A stretch of 63,930 nt of DNA, filler included, from Octopus bimaculoides (taxonomy: Eukaryota), in the NCBI RefSeq assembly GCF_001194135.2. It is 4 parts of 4 records of this genome, joined end to end, with 100 filler letters (N's around TTAATTAATTAA, not from the genome) between each part and the next. Parts side by side here need not be neighbours in the genome. Positions count along the whole stretch, not along the records: positions 1 to 30,863 come from NC_068981.1; 3 more parts are not named here. One strand, given 5' to 3'. Made by a program: the position numbers and the translations under genes. Shown piece after piece: positions 11,559 through 22,397 of the stretch (position 1 is the first letter of the stretch; each line of letters starts with the position of its first letter). The notes under the pieces are model-generated. The model saw only the letters and a program-made list of their open reading frames with translations, did no database searches and was not told where the DNA came from.

Positions 11559-14500
11559 GTATTACAGAGAACTCGAAGTGACAAGTCGCGTATTTGGCGT
11601 GGGAGTCAATTTATCGAAAATACGATAAATACTATCTCCAACTTTGGAGCCTTGTTAAATAACTGGTTAATCTTCAGATGAATTAACAGAGGGAGCCTTT
11701 TATTCACGCTCGTAGTGATTTTCGACTGAAACTTGAATTTAGCATGCAGAGAGTTACTATAAACAACATGGCTGGACACAATAACAACGACACAACCGAG
11801 GAATAGAACGAAAACAACTGCTCAGTAGGTAAGCAAATTCTTTGTAGCTCCTACAGAAGAAACCATAATTACAAAACTCATTTCTCTTATGAATTGAATA
11901 CTGATTTATTTAACTGCTACAAGAAAACGAAACAAAACCCCGCTGTTGATTATATGATCGATTGAAATCATACTGGGACGATCTGCGTCCAGAATTAAAT
12001 CATTTTACTGCGAAGCAACTATGTCGACAAGCAAAATTTGTAGAACATAGAAAGAGGGTTAGTAACTGTAACTTTATTAAAAAATCGAAAATTCACCTTT
12101 TTCCCAACTATATAAACAAAATCGAAAGCGTGAATGATGCAAGACCACCAGGTGGTTGCTTGCCACATTCCAACAGATTCTATAGTGCCTGCCAGCCAAG
12201 CTACATTACTGGTACAGTAACTGACCACTGTTTCCCTACTATGGCTATGGTTAATATCAGGCAGAACTGCAACGATTATTGTAGTAGTAATGGTAGTCAG
12301 GGTTATATACCGGTGAAATGTGCCCTTGCTGAAATTTTCCGAGAAAAAATAACTTTGTCTTTGAAGTACTCTCTCAAGGAGAAAGTATTCTCTACCAAAG
12401 TAAGAAAAAAAAACATCAGATACGGTAATAAAAGCTGTTAACGAAATTGGTGATGAGTATTTACAGTAGTGTGACGAACCCATTTTCTGGCAGATTAACG
12501 CCTGTCTATATGCTCTGGCTACTACTGTAATGCAATACATGAATGACATTCAAAAAGTAAACAAAACCGAAACAACAAAGAAAGTACTATCATAGGTTTT
12601 GAAAACAGAGAAAAAAACTGGTTTACGGAAGACCATCAGTCATGTAACGATGCTTATTGCGTGCAAACAAGCAAATCACTGTACGTCCCATCAACAGAAA
12701 ATAAAGGAGATAGAAATGATGTTTAGAGACAGCAAAAAGAGGACACTCACTTGCAAACTGATTCCCCTCAAGCGGGAGTTAAAAGCTGTCAGTGAAACTC
12801 CGACATCAGAAGAGAATAACCGAGAGAACAATAAACAAATATTTGACCGGAACCAGGCAGAGACATGAGAGGAGGAGCAGTGAACATCGCAGGAACTCCT
12901 TCACGAGAAGACATAGACTCTGTTCTGTGGCTGGAAAAAATCCGAAGAAGTTATTGCTCCTGTGATACACCCAAAACATACAACATTGATGGTGAAACTC
13001 TTGCAACTGTGATCCAGAAACTCCAGGACGCAAAAGCGCCTGGAAGAGACTTGATCGTTGGATATTGGTACAAAAAGCTAACCTTCTACTGGCCATATTT
13101 TATCAATCTGTATCAGCAATCTCTCAATGGGAACCACACTGGTTAGCTCTGGCAGAGACAAAATTGATCCCCAAGTGCAGAACCACATACATGGCAAAAA
13201 AACTACCGGCCAATTCCATGCCAGAGCTTAATGTATAAGATATATACAGTATGTTTAAACCTCTTCCTCCAGGACCATTGTGAAACCAATAACATCATCA
13301 CAGCAGAACAAGCAGCTGGAATGAAGGGAGTCTGGAGATGTGCTGAGCAATTGTTAATCCACAAAACTGTGATGTCAGAGGTTCGAGAGCATAGGAGGAA
13401 CCTAGTTTCAATGTGGCTAGTCTACAAGAAAGCCTTTGACTCTGTTCCCCACTTATGGATGCTAGAAGCCCATCAACTTGCTAAAGTTCCAGTGAGCATA
13501 GTCAAAGTCATAGCTGATCTGACTTCAACTTGGGACACCATCTTGAAATTAAACATAAAGAGTGACTGTATTATCACTGATACAATACAGTATCGCAAAG
13601 GCATATTACAAGGGGACAGCTTCTCTGTGATGTTGTTTATACTTTCTGTAAACTCCTTGTCATTCATGTTAAGGAAGTCTGAAGGATATCTCACTGGTTC
13701 ACAAGGAAACAAAAATAACAAAATTACACACTGTTTCTTTGTGGATGACTTGAAACTTTATGCAAAGAATATGCACAAGATGAAAAAAAAGAGCTTTAGT
13801 CTAGTTACATTTTCAAAGGATGTAGGGTTGGAATTTGGTCAGGATAAATGTTGTTATATGATTGTGATAAGGGGGAAACCTCTAAACCAGACTAATAACA
13901 TCTCCATCAATGATTTGACTGTTTCCCCTATATCTGACAAGGAATATTACAGGTATCTAGGGGTGGATGAATGCAACATCTTTTAACTACCAACTCATGA
14001 AGTGCATCCCTTCACCAAGTTTACATACACGGGACTGGTAATATCATGAGACTTGGAAGGCAGCTCCTTGAGCAACATTCTTTGTCTGATAACCTAAAAT
14101 ACATGCTCAAAACGTCGCACGACTCTACCACAATGTGTCATCAGATGAAAGGATGAGCCTATATTACGCAGGGATATATTAGTAAAAATCTCTGAGTTGA
14201 TAGTAATATTGATCATCAAAGCAGTCTATCATGGACCAATATCCGGATTACTACCTACAACTTTGAAGGGTATGCGTTTGCAATCCAGGAACAGGAAATA
14301 TCAACCAAATACCTGAGGCACAAAGGGGATAGAAATACAGGAAAAGCAGTGAAATGTGACAAACTATGCAGACTATGTGGAGTCAACACCGAAGATGTCT
14401 GCCACATCATAAGCAGTTGTCCGAAAATACCATCACGGTGTTATCTACCAATGAGACGTGAGGTTGTAGCTAGGACACTCTATAATGATATCCATCGGAA

Positions 14501-15185
14501 GGATAACTCCGAGGACAAAGAAATTAGAACCCACAATATGGTAGAAGCCAAAGCCACTCATAATAAAAGGGAATGCTGGTGGAATATAAGCACAACAGAC
14601 CTGATATAATGATTTGGGATAGAGAAGAGAAAATGAGCGTAGTTGTGGAAATTAGCTGCCCAACAGATGTTAACACAAAGCTGAAGAACAGTGAAAAAGA
14701 GAACACCTGTGCTGAACTATTGAGAAATATGCAGTTACTCTATCCAGATTACAAGTTCAGGTTTATTATACCTGTAATTATTGGGGCCCTAAGATATGTA
14801 ATACACTGCCTAAATACCAATTTTGAGAAATTAGGCTTCTCAAAACCAGAAAGGAGAAAGCTAGTACTGTAAAAATTTGTAAGACTTTCTAAAAGTTTAT
14901 CATTTAAGTATATATGAGCATGTCTAGATATGTAAGTATATGTATGAGAATACATACATAAAAAAAACATACACATTTGTACGTATACATACATGCGTAC
15001 ATACATACATACATACATACATACATACATACATGCAAATATACAAACATACATACATACATACATACACACAAAAATTACCCAGTTGTTGATGTTGACA
15101 TTCCAATGAAGGAGCCTTGGATCTAGGTTAGAAACCGGCTCTTTCTCTATTGGCAAGAAATCTTGAAAGAAAACTGAATAATGAC
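11559..15185 (+). mobile_element. R4/Dong-clade element, copy B (apparently full length with internal deletion, subfamily 1)
   Basis: ~210-nt 5' UTR, ATG at ~11768, N-terminal FSYELNTDLFNCYKK..DYM..LKSYWDDLRPE..TAKQL (resembles the R4 N-terminal domain), KAPGRDLIVGYWYKKL, RT at 13231-13986, CRLCG knuckle at ~14370, RPDI-type RLE at ~14600; the 3' end AATGAC runs into (CATA)n. Confidence 0.92.
13231..13986 (+). pseudogene. Reverse transcriptase domain of R4/Dong copy B (degenerate)
   Basis: EQAAG, WLVYKKAFDSVPH, KGILQGDSFSVMLF, FFVDDLKLY, GLEFGQDKC, YRYLGV; flanked by frameshifts and stops. Confidence 0.92.
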
Positions 15186-15287
15186 ATGCATACATACATA
15201 CATACATACATACATACATACATACATGCATACATACATACATGCATACATACATACATACATACATACATACATACATACATACAT

Positions 15288-15772
15288 AAAAGACCGGATG
15301 AAGGTCATTTGATGCTCTAAACTTAGCCTAACAATAGACACCCCTCCATCCTTCCGTTATATTATTGAAAAGCATGTAGACATAAGTACTGATTGTGAAG
15401 AAAATCACTTAGAATTCAGTTTTCTTCCACCTGTGACTCTAACAATATAACCTGTTTTGAATGTTATTTATTTCACACAAAATAACACTAAACATGTATA
15501 TGCAAATTATTTACTTTTAATTAGAGCAACAGAAAAAATACGAATTTCCAACACTTTTATTTACTTTTTGAAAGACTCTTACAATTTACCAATTGCACCA
15601 TGATAAATCTGTTTCTAGAATGTAATTTTGTGGTACCCACTTTCCTTTGTTCGCTAATCACTGGCTATTTTGTTTAATGATTAATCTGGTCATATATTCA
15701 TGATTACCAAGTTGATGTTGCCTAGATGCTAATGTTTAGAGGCAGAGTTTTTTTTTAATAAAATTAAATGAA
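15288..15772. repeat. ~485-bp non-coding unit bounded by (CATA)n on both sides, copy 1
   Basis: Aligns by eye along its length with 16649-17372 (roughly 85% identical). Both copies start AAAAGACCG right after (CATA)n and end AAC-ATACATAC. Confidence 0.85.
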
Positions 15773-15798
15773 CATACATACATACATACATACATACA

Positions 15799-15829
<31 letters not shown>

Positions 15830-16648
15830 GAGACAAAGAGAGAAAAATCGAATTCACAAGACCCTTTATTATTCACTGTAATCGTTTCGATCCATTGTGC
15901 ATCGGTCCCTCACGGGTNNNNNNNNNNNNNNNNNNNNNNNNNNNNNNNNNNNNNNNNNNNNNNNNNNNNNNNNNNNNNNNNNNNNNNNNNNNNNNNNNNN
16001 NNNNNNNNNNNNNNNNNNNNNNNNNNNNNNNNNNNNNNNNNNNNNNNNNNNNNNNNNNNNNNNNNNNNNNNNNNNNNNNNNNNNNNNNNNNNNNNNNNNN
16101 NNNNNNNNNNNNNNNNNNNNNNNNNNNNNNNNNNNNNNNNNNNNNNNNNNNNNNNNNNNNNNNNNNNNNNNNNNNNNNNNNNNNNNNNNNNNNNNNNNNN
16201 NNNNNNNNNNNNNNNNNNNNNNNNNNNNNNNNNNNNNNNNNNNNNNNNNNNNNNNNNNNNNNNNNNNNNNNNNNNNNNNNNNNNNNNNNNNNNNNNNNNN
16301 NNNNNNNNNNNNNNNNNNNNNNNNNNNNNNNNNNNNNNNNNNNNNNNNNNNNNNNNNNNNNNNNNNNNNNNNNNNNNNNNNNNNNNNNNNNNTAGATGCA
16401 CACACTAACTCTATCGTATATTTACAAACTGCAGAACAGTTTTAAACAAAAGTCTTGTCACTTAATCAACAACTGGCTTGAACTCCATGAAGAACTTTAT
16501 ATGATTATACGTCCTTACACGCACGCGCACACCCGCACTCGTATGCGCAAACACAGACACACATACATACATACCTACATACATACATATATGCATGCAT
16601 ACATACATACATGCATGCATACATACATACATACATACATACATACAT

Positions 16649-17372
16649 AAAAGACCGAATAAAGCTCATTTGATGCTCTAACCTTTTAGCATATCCGGCC
16701 TAAATATTCTCCCTGTTCAAATATTCCACCTGTTCAAAATGGTAAGAGCTGGCCTGTTACGCCTACCCTACAATGTCATTCTAAAAATAAATCATATCAT
16801 CGAAATCATGAGGCTATAAGATAATGCATGATTAATTCAAAACAATATGAATAAATAAGCTTTACGTGTGACAGAAAAATCTGAATGCTAAAGGGCTAGG
16901 CATAGCTTAACAATAGATACCCACCCCCATCCTTCCGTTATATCATCGAAAAGCATTTAGACATAAGTAATGATTGTGAAGAAAAACACTTAAAATTCAG
17001 TTTCCTTCCATCCACCTGTGGCTCTAACAATACAACCTGTTTTTTAATGCTATTTATTTCACACAAAATATCACTAAACACTATATGCAAATTATTTACT
17101 TTTAATTAGAGCAACAGAAAAATGTAAATTTTCAACACTTTTATTCGTCCTTTTTTAAAGACTGTTACAATTTATCAATTGCACCATGATAAATCCGGTC
17201 CTAGAATGTAATTCTGTGGTACCCACTTCCCTTCGTTCACTAATCACTGGCTATGTTGTTTAATGATTAAGTTGGTCATCATATATTCATGACTACCGAG
17301 TTGGTGTTGCCTAAATTCTAATGAAAGAGCTTTTGTTTCAATACTGGAGAAATTTTTTGTTATAAAAGTAAA
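16649..17372. repeat. Same unit, copy 2, carrying a MITE insertion
   Basis: Homologous to 15288-15772 except for a ~220-bp insertion at 16679-16899. Confidence 0.85.
16679..16899. mobile_element. MITE with short TIRs (possibly piggyBac-type, CCYTT...AAGGG ends)
   Basis: Terminal inverted repeats TAACCTTTTAGCAT / ATGCTAAAGGGCTA. The element is absent at the homologous position (~15330) of copy 1. Confidence 0.75.
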
Positions 17373-17440
17373 CATACATACATACATACATACATACATA
17401 CATACATACATAATACGTCAAAACATACATACATGCATAC

Positions 17441-18224
17441 AAAAACCCGAAAAATACTAACAAGCACACAATTTCCACATAAGCAGTGACGCGGGGCGCC
17501 TCTACCTAAAAGGATATCTACCAATGAGACATGATGCTGTAGCTAGGATACTCTGTAATGAAATCCGTCGGAAGAGTAAGCCCGAGGACAAAGAAATAAG
17601 AACCCACAATATGGTAGAAGCCATAGCCACTCATAATAAAAATGAATACTGGTAGAATGTACCAGTGAAGACCTCAATAAAATGTAAGCACAACAGACCT
17701 GATATAATGATTTGGGATAGGGAAGAGAAACTGTGCACAGTTGTGGAAATTAGCTGCCCAGCAGATGTTAACATACAGCTGAAAATTAGTGAAAAAGAGA
17801 ACACCTATAATGAACTATTGACAAATCTACAGTTACTTTATCCATATTACAAGTTCAGCTTTATACCAGTAATTATTGGGGCCCTGGGATATGTAACACA
17901 CTGCCTAAATACCAATCTTGAAAAATTAGACTTGTCAAAAGCAGAAAGGAGAAAGCTAATTCGAAGACTACACATCCAATCCATCATTGGAACAGTAAAA
18001 ATTTGTAAAACTTTCCAGAAGTTTATCATTTAAATATATATGAGCATGTCTAGATATGCAACTATATGCAAGAGAATACATGCATAAAACATACAAATCT
18101 GCACATACATACATACATACATACATACAAAAATACCTTGTTGTTGATGTTGAAATTCCAATGAAGGTTAGAAACCGATTCTTTTTCTATTGGCAAGAAA
18201 TCTTGAAGTAAACTGAATAATGAC
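17441..18224 (+). mobile_element. R4/Dong copy C (5'-truncated, internally deleted, subfamily 1)
   Basis: KTRKILTS..RLYLK is joined directly to YLPMRHD, followed by HNRPDIMIWDREEK..PVIIGALG..KICKTFQKFII*. The 3' UTR ends TGAC-ATACATAC. Confidence 0.9.
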
Positions 18225-18249
18225 ATACATACATACATTTAAGTATATG

Positions 18250-19811
18250 CAGTCGTCCTCAAAATTATTCATACCTTTGTTAATTTTTGTGATTTTTTTA
18301 TTTTTATTTTGGTGATGAAATGAATCCATCTTGTCAAGTTTGTTTATGAGTTATATGTGACCAACAAATGAAAGAATAACAACAATACACGATTTTGGAA
18401 ATTCTTCATTTCAGGGATATTATATTCATGAATTTTCAAAAAATGCCATATTCAAAATTTTTCATACTCTAGGTTTACTGAGTCCAATATCTTTCTTTAA
18501 TAGTCAATAGCACAGCCTTTGTGTTTTTTTATGAATGCTTCTAGACGATTCTTGTACGTGTCCACAAGCTTCCTGCGTGTCTCTAGTGGAATGTTGGCCC
18601 ACTCTTCCTTGGCAAAAGCCTCGAGCTGGGTCAGTTTGGTTGGTTTCCTAGCCATCACTCTGGTCTTCAAGTTTCGCCACAAGTTCTCGATCGGATTCAG
18701 GACAGGGCTCTGACTTGGCCATTCTAGGACGTTGACATCTTTCTCCTTGAACTATTTCTTCACTGCCTTGGTGGTATGTTTCGGATCATTGTCCTGCTAG
18801 TACTTCCAGTTGTGGCCGAGTTGGAGCTTCTCAGCGGATTCCTTCACGTCTTCATCAAGGATCCTGATGCAATTCTCCTTTCTCATGATTCCGTGTACCT
18901 TGACAAGGTTCCTTGTGTCACTAGAAGAGAAGCATCCCCATAGCGTTATGTTTCCACCACTATGGACCGTAACACCTTCGTCCCTGCCTCGCCAAGCGTT
19001 TCAATTAGGGCCCTGGTTGTGGTCCGGTGGTTGTTGTTGACCTCTCGGCAGATTTTTCTGGCAAGTTTGGGAGACACTTTAGGTTTCCTNNNNNNNNNNG
19101 TGTACCTTGACAAGGTTCCTTGTGTCACTAGAAGAGAAGCATCCCCATAGCGTTATGTTTCCACCACTATGGACCGTAACACCTTCGTCCCTGCCTCGCC
19201 AAGCGTTTCAATTAGGGCCCTGGTTGTGGTCCGGTGGTTGTTGTTGACCTCTCGGCAGATTTTTCTGGCAAGTTTGGGAGACACTTTAGGTTTCCTGCCA
19301 CGCTCACTGAAGTTTTTAACAGTGTTGAATCTCTTGTACTTGTCGATTATGCTCTGGACGGTTGCCACAGGGACATCATACTGCTTTGAAATGGCCTTGT
19401 AACCTTTTCCTTCACTGTGGGCACACACAAGACGCTAACGTAGGTCCTCACTGAGCTCCTTCTTCTTGGCCATGATGATCAGAAACTGAGAATGACTAGA
19501 ACCCTTTTCCTCTATTTATATGTTATTTATACTCTATTTATACTCTTCCGGAAATAACTATAGGACAAAGATTAGCATATTCACAGGAAGTGAAAACAGG
19601 AGTATAAATAATTCTGAACATGTGCAAAAAAAAATCTATGGTTCTTATCTATTATTATGCAAATGAAGTTTAACTAACTCATATGTGGATTTGTGCATAG
19701 CAACAGGTAGACAAAAGATACACAGTAAGTACCAACATAATAGCTTACAAATGAAGAATCTAAAAAAGAATGCTAGTTTCAATGGAGTATAAATAATTTT
19801 GAGGACGACTG
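18250..19811 (-). mobile_element. Tc1-family DNA transposon with IR/DR-type ends, internally deleted
   Basis: TIRs CAGTCGTCCTCAAAATTATTCATAC (18250-18274) and GTATAAATAATTTTGAGGACGACTG (ending 19811), with inner repeats of the same motif at ~18451-18470 and ~19599-19619. The right end is followed by TA. Length includes a ~200-bp assembly duplication. Confidence 0.92.
18497..19473 (-). pseudogene. Tc1 transposase remnant (D34E spacing retained, first catalytic D deleted)
   Basis: MAKKKELSEDLR*..GKGYKAISKQ..RGRKPK (paired-like domain), QDNDPKH followed 34 residues after the D by E in WPSQSPVLNPIEN, and C-terminal EEWANIP; contains in-frame stops. Confidence 0.9.
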
Positions 19812-20091
19812 TATGCACAAGTCTCGACATGCAACTATATGCATGAGAATACATACATAAAACAAAACATACGTATCTGCACATGCACTAATTCCAAATA
19901 CTACACATATACATGCGTACATGCAAAAGATACCCTGTTGATGTTGAAAGTCCAATGAAGGAGCCTTAGATCAAGGTTGGAAATCAGTTATTTCTCTATT
20001 AAGAAGAAATCTTCAAATAAAACTGAATAATGACATACATACATACATACATACATACATACATACATACATACATACATACATACATACA

Positions 20092-20120
<29 letters not shown>

Positions 20121-20123
<3 letters not shown>

Positions 20124-21191
20124 AGGAAATCCGTCGGAAGGATAATCCCGAGGACAAAGAAATAAGAATCCACAATATGGTAGAAGCCATAGCCACTCAT
20201 AATAAAAAAGAATACTGGTGGAATGTCCCAGTGACGACCTCAATAAAATGTAAGCAAAACAGACTTGATATAAGGATTTGGGATAGAGAAGAGAAACTGT
20301 GTGCAGTTTAGCTGCCCAGCGGATGTTAACATAAAGCTGAAGATCAGTGAAAAAGAGAACACCTATACCGAACTATTGAGAAATCTGCAGTTACTCTATC
20401 CATATTACAAGTTCAGGTTTATTATACCTGTAATTATTCTTTTCTACTCTAGGCACGAGGCCTGAAATTTTGGGTGAGGAAGCCAGTCGATTAGATCGAC
20501 TCCAGTACGCAAGTGGTACTTAATTTACCGACCCCGAAAGGATGAGAGGCAAAGTCGACCTCGGCGGAATTTGAACTCAGAACGTAAAGATAGACGAAAT
20601 ACAACTAAGCATTTTGCCAGGCGTACTAACGTTTCTTATTTCTTTACTACCCACAAGGGACTACATACAGAGGGGACAAACAAGGACAGACAAAGGGATT
20701 AAGCCGATTACATCGACCCTACTGCGTAACTGGTACTTATTTAATCGGCCCCGAAAGGATGAAAGGCAAAGTCGACATCGGTGGTATTTGAACTCAGAAC
20801 GTAGCGGCAGACGAAATACCGCTAAGCATTTCGCCCGGCGTGCTAACGTTTCTGCCAGCTCGCCGCCTTATTCCTATAATTATTAGGGCCCTAGGAGAAT
20901 ATGTAACACACTGCCTAAATATCAATCTTGAGAAATTAGGCTTCTCAAATCCAGAAAGGAGAAAGTTAATTCGAAGACTACAGAGTCAATCCATCACTGG
21001 AACTGTAAAAATCTGTAAAACTTTCCAGAAGTTTATCATTTAAAGCAAAACATATAAATCTGCATACATAAATACATACATACATACCCTGTTGTTGATG
21101 ATGAAATTCCAATGAAGGCGCCTTGGATCTAGGTTCGAAATCGGCTCTTTCTCTATTGGCATGTAATCTTGAAATAAAACTGAACAATGAC
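20121..21191 (+). mobile_element. R4/Dong copy E (5'-truncated, subfamily 1), interrupted by a SINE dimer
   Basis: EIRRKDNPEDKEIR..YWWNVP..KCKQNRLDIRIWDREEK; resumes after the SINE with IIRALG..KICKTFQKFII*. Ends AACAATGAC-ATACATAC. Confidence 0.9.
20439..20869 (-). mobile_element. Head-to-tail dimer of tRNA-derived SINE family 2, with target-site duplication
   Basis: Head AAGGCGGCGAGCTGGCAGAAACGTTAGC and body GAGTTCAAAT..GTCGACTTTGCCTTTCATCCTTTCGGGG occur twice. TSD CCTGTAATTATT (20427-20438) / CCTATAATTATT (20873-20884). Confidence 0.9.
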
Positions 21192-21203
21192 ATACATACA
21201 TAC

Positions 21204-21476
21204 TTCATAGTCTGGATATAAAAGCTAGAGATTTCGAAGCAGTTGTCCATAGATATCCTCTTTTTCTTTGATTTTCAAAGAGATATTTATATCTGCAGGG
21301 CATCTGACCTCTGTGAATGGTACATACCTTTGCCCCTTGTCCTAAACAACATTATCCGGCCTGTTATGTTCACATCTGACAGAAGTTTTGATAAGAATAT
21401 TCCACCAGTATTCCTTGAATTGGTATTTATAAATGTATTCCACAACAGAGGGATTTTCTAAGTTTATTTCAGGGCA
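21204..21476 (-). mobile_element. Inverted fragment of R4/Dong subfamily 2 (RLE region)
   Basis: Reverse complement of 21838-22110; the minus ORF reads CPEINLENPSVVEYIYKYQFKEYWWNI..CEHNRPD. Confidence 0.88.
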
Positions 21477-22397
21477 AGCACTCAGCATACAGAAAACGAC
21501 TATGCATGAGTATGTTGCCCGGAAGCTTGAAGAAGGCAGTAGAATTGACACGAAGCACAGCCTCTCCTGGACACAAGACCACTACATCACATCACACTTT
21601 GAAGGCTATGCATTTGCAATCCAGGAACAGGAGATTGCCACAAAGTACTTGGTGAACAAGAGTGACAGTGACGCTTTTGCAATCCCATGGTGCAACCGCA
21701 AGTGTAGGTTATGTCATGTTTCTGTGGAAGACATCACGCATGTGACTAGCAGCTGTCCTAAGATGCCATCACGGTATTACCTCCTCATGAGGCACGATGT
21801 TGTTGCTAAAACAATTTACAATACCATCTGCAAAAAAGACTGTCCTGAAATAAACTTAGACAATCTCTCTGTTATGGAATACATTCATAAACACAAACTC
21901 AAGGATCACTGGTGGAATATTCCCACTAAAACATTTGTCAAATGTAAACATAACAGGCCGGATATTGTTGCTTGGGATAGAGGGGCAAAGGTATGAATCA
22001 TCATAGAGGTCAGCTGCCCTGCAGATATATATATCTCTTTGAAAATCAAAGAAAAGAGGATATCTATGGACAACTGCTTCGAAACCTCCAGATTCTATAT
22101 CCAGGCTATGAATTCATATTCATACCAATAATAATTGGAGAACTAGGTTTTGTTAGTAAATGCTTGAAGGAGAATCTGAATAAACTGGGATTTTCAGAAA
22201 GAGAAATCGACCGGCTGATTCGTACATTACAAGTGCAATCTATCAGTGGAGCAGTAAAAATATGCAAGAATTTTCTCAAGTTCCAAATGTGAATTTGTCT
22301 GTGTTAACTACAGCCCAAAGATGGAGCCTTGTATCTTTCTTGGAAACTGGGTACCTCGTCGGTGGAAGATTTATAATAATTAAAAAATAAAAGTGAC
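21477..22397 (+). mobile_element. R4/Dong copy F (subfamily 2, 5'-truncated)
   Basis: HFEGYAFAIQEQEIATKY, CRLCHVSVEDITHVTSSCP, HNRPDIVAWD..EVSCP, FIPIIIGELG, KICKNFLKFQM*. A different 3' UTR ends AAAAGTGAC-ATACATAC. Confidence 0.9.

Larger units (their letters stand above)
18236..20034 (+). mobile_element. R4/Dong copy D (3' UTR only: 18236-18249 plus 19812-20034), split by a Tc1
   Basis: TTTAAGTATAT before the Tc1 and TATGCACAAGTCTCGACATGCAACTATATGCATGAG after it rejoin to give the subfamily-1 3' UTR, which ends AATAATGAC-(ATAC)n. Confidence 0.8.

Noticed and set aside
18892-19290. ~190-bp direct duplication inside the Tc1
   Set aside because: Identical copies either side of a 10-N gap: an overlapping contig-end artefact.
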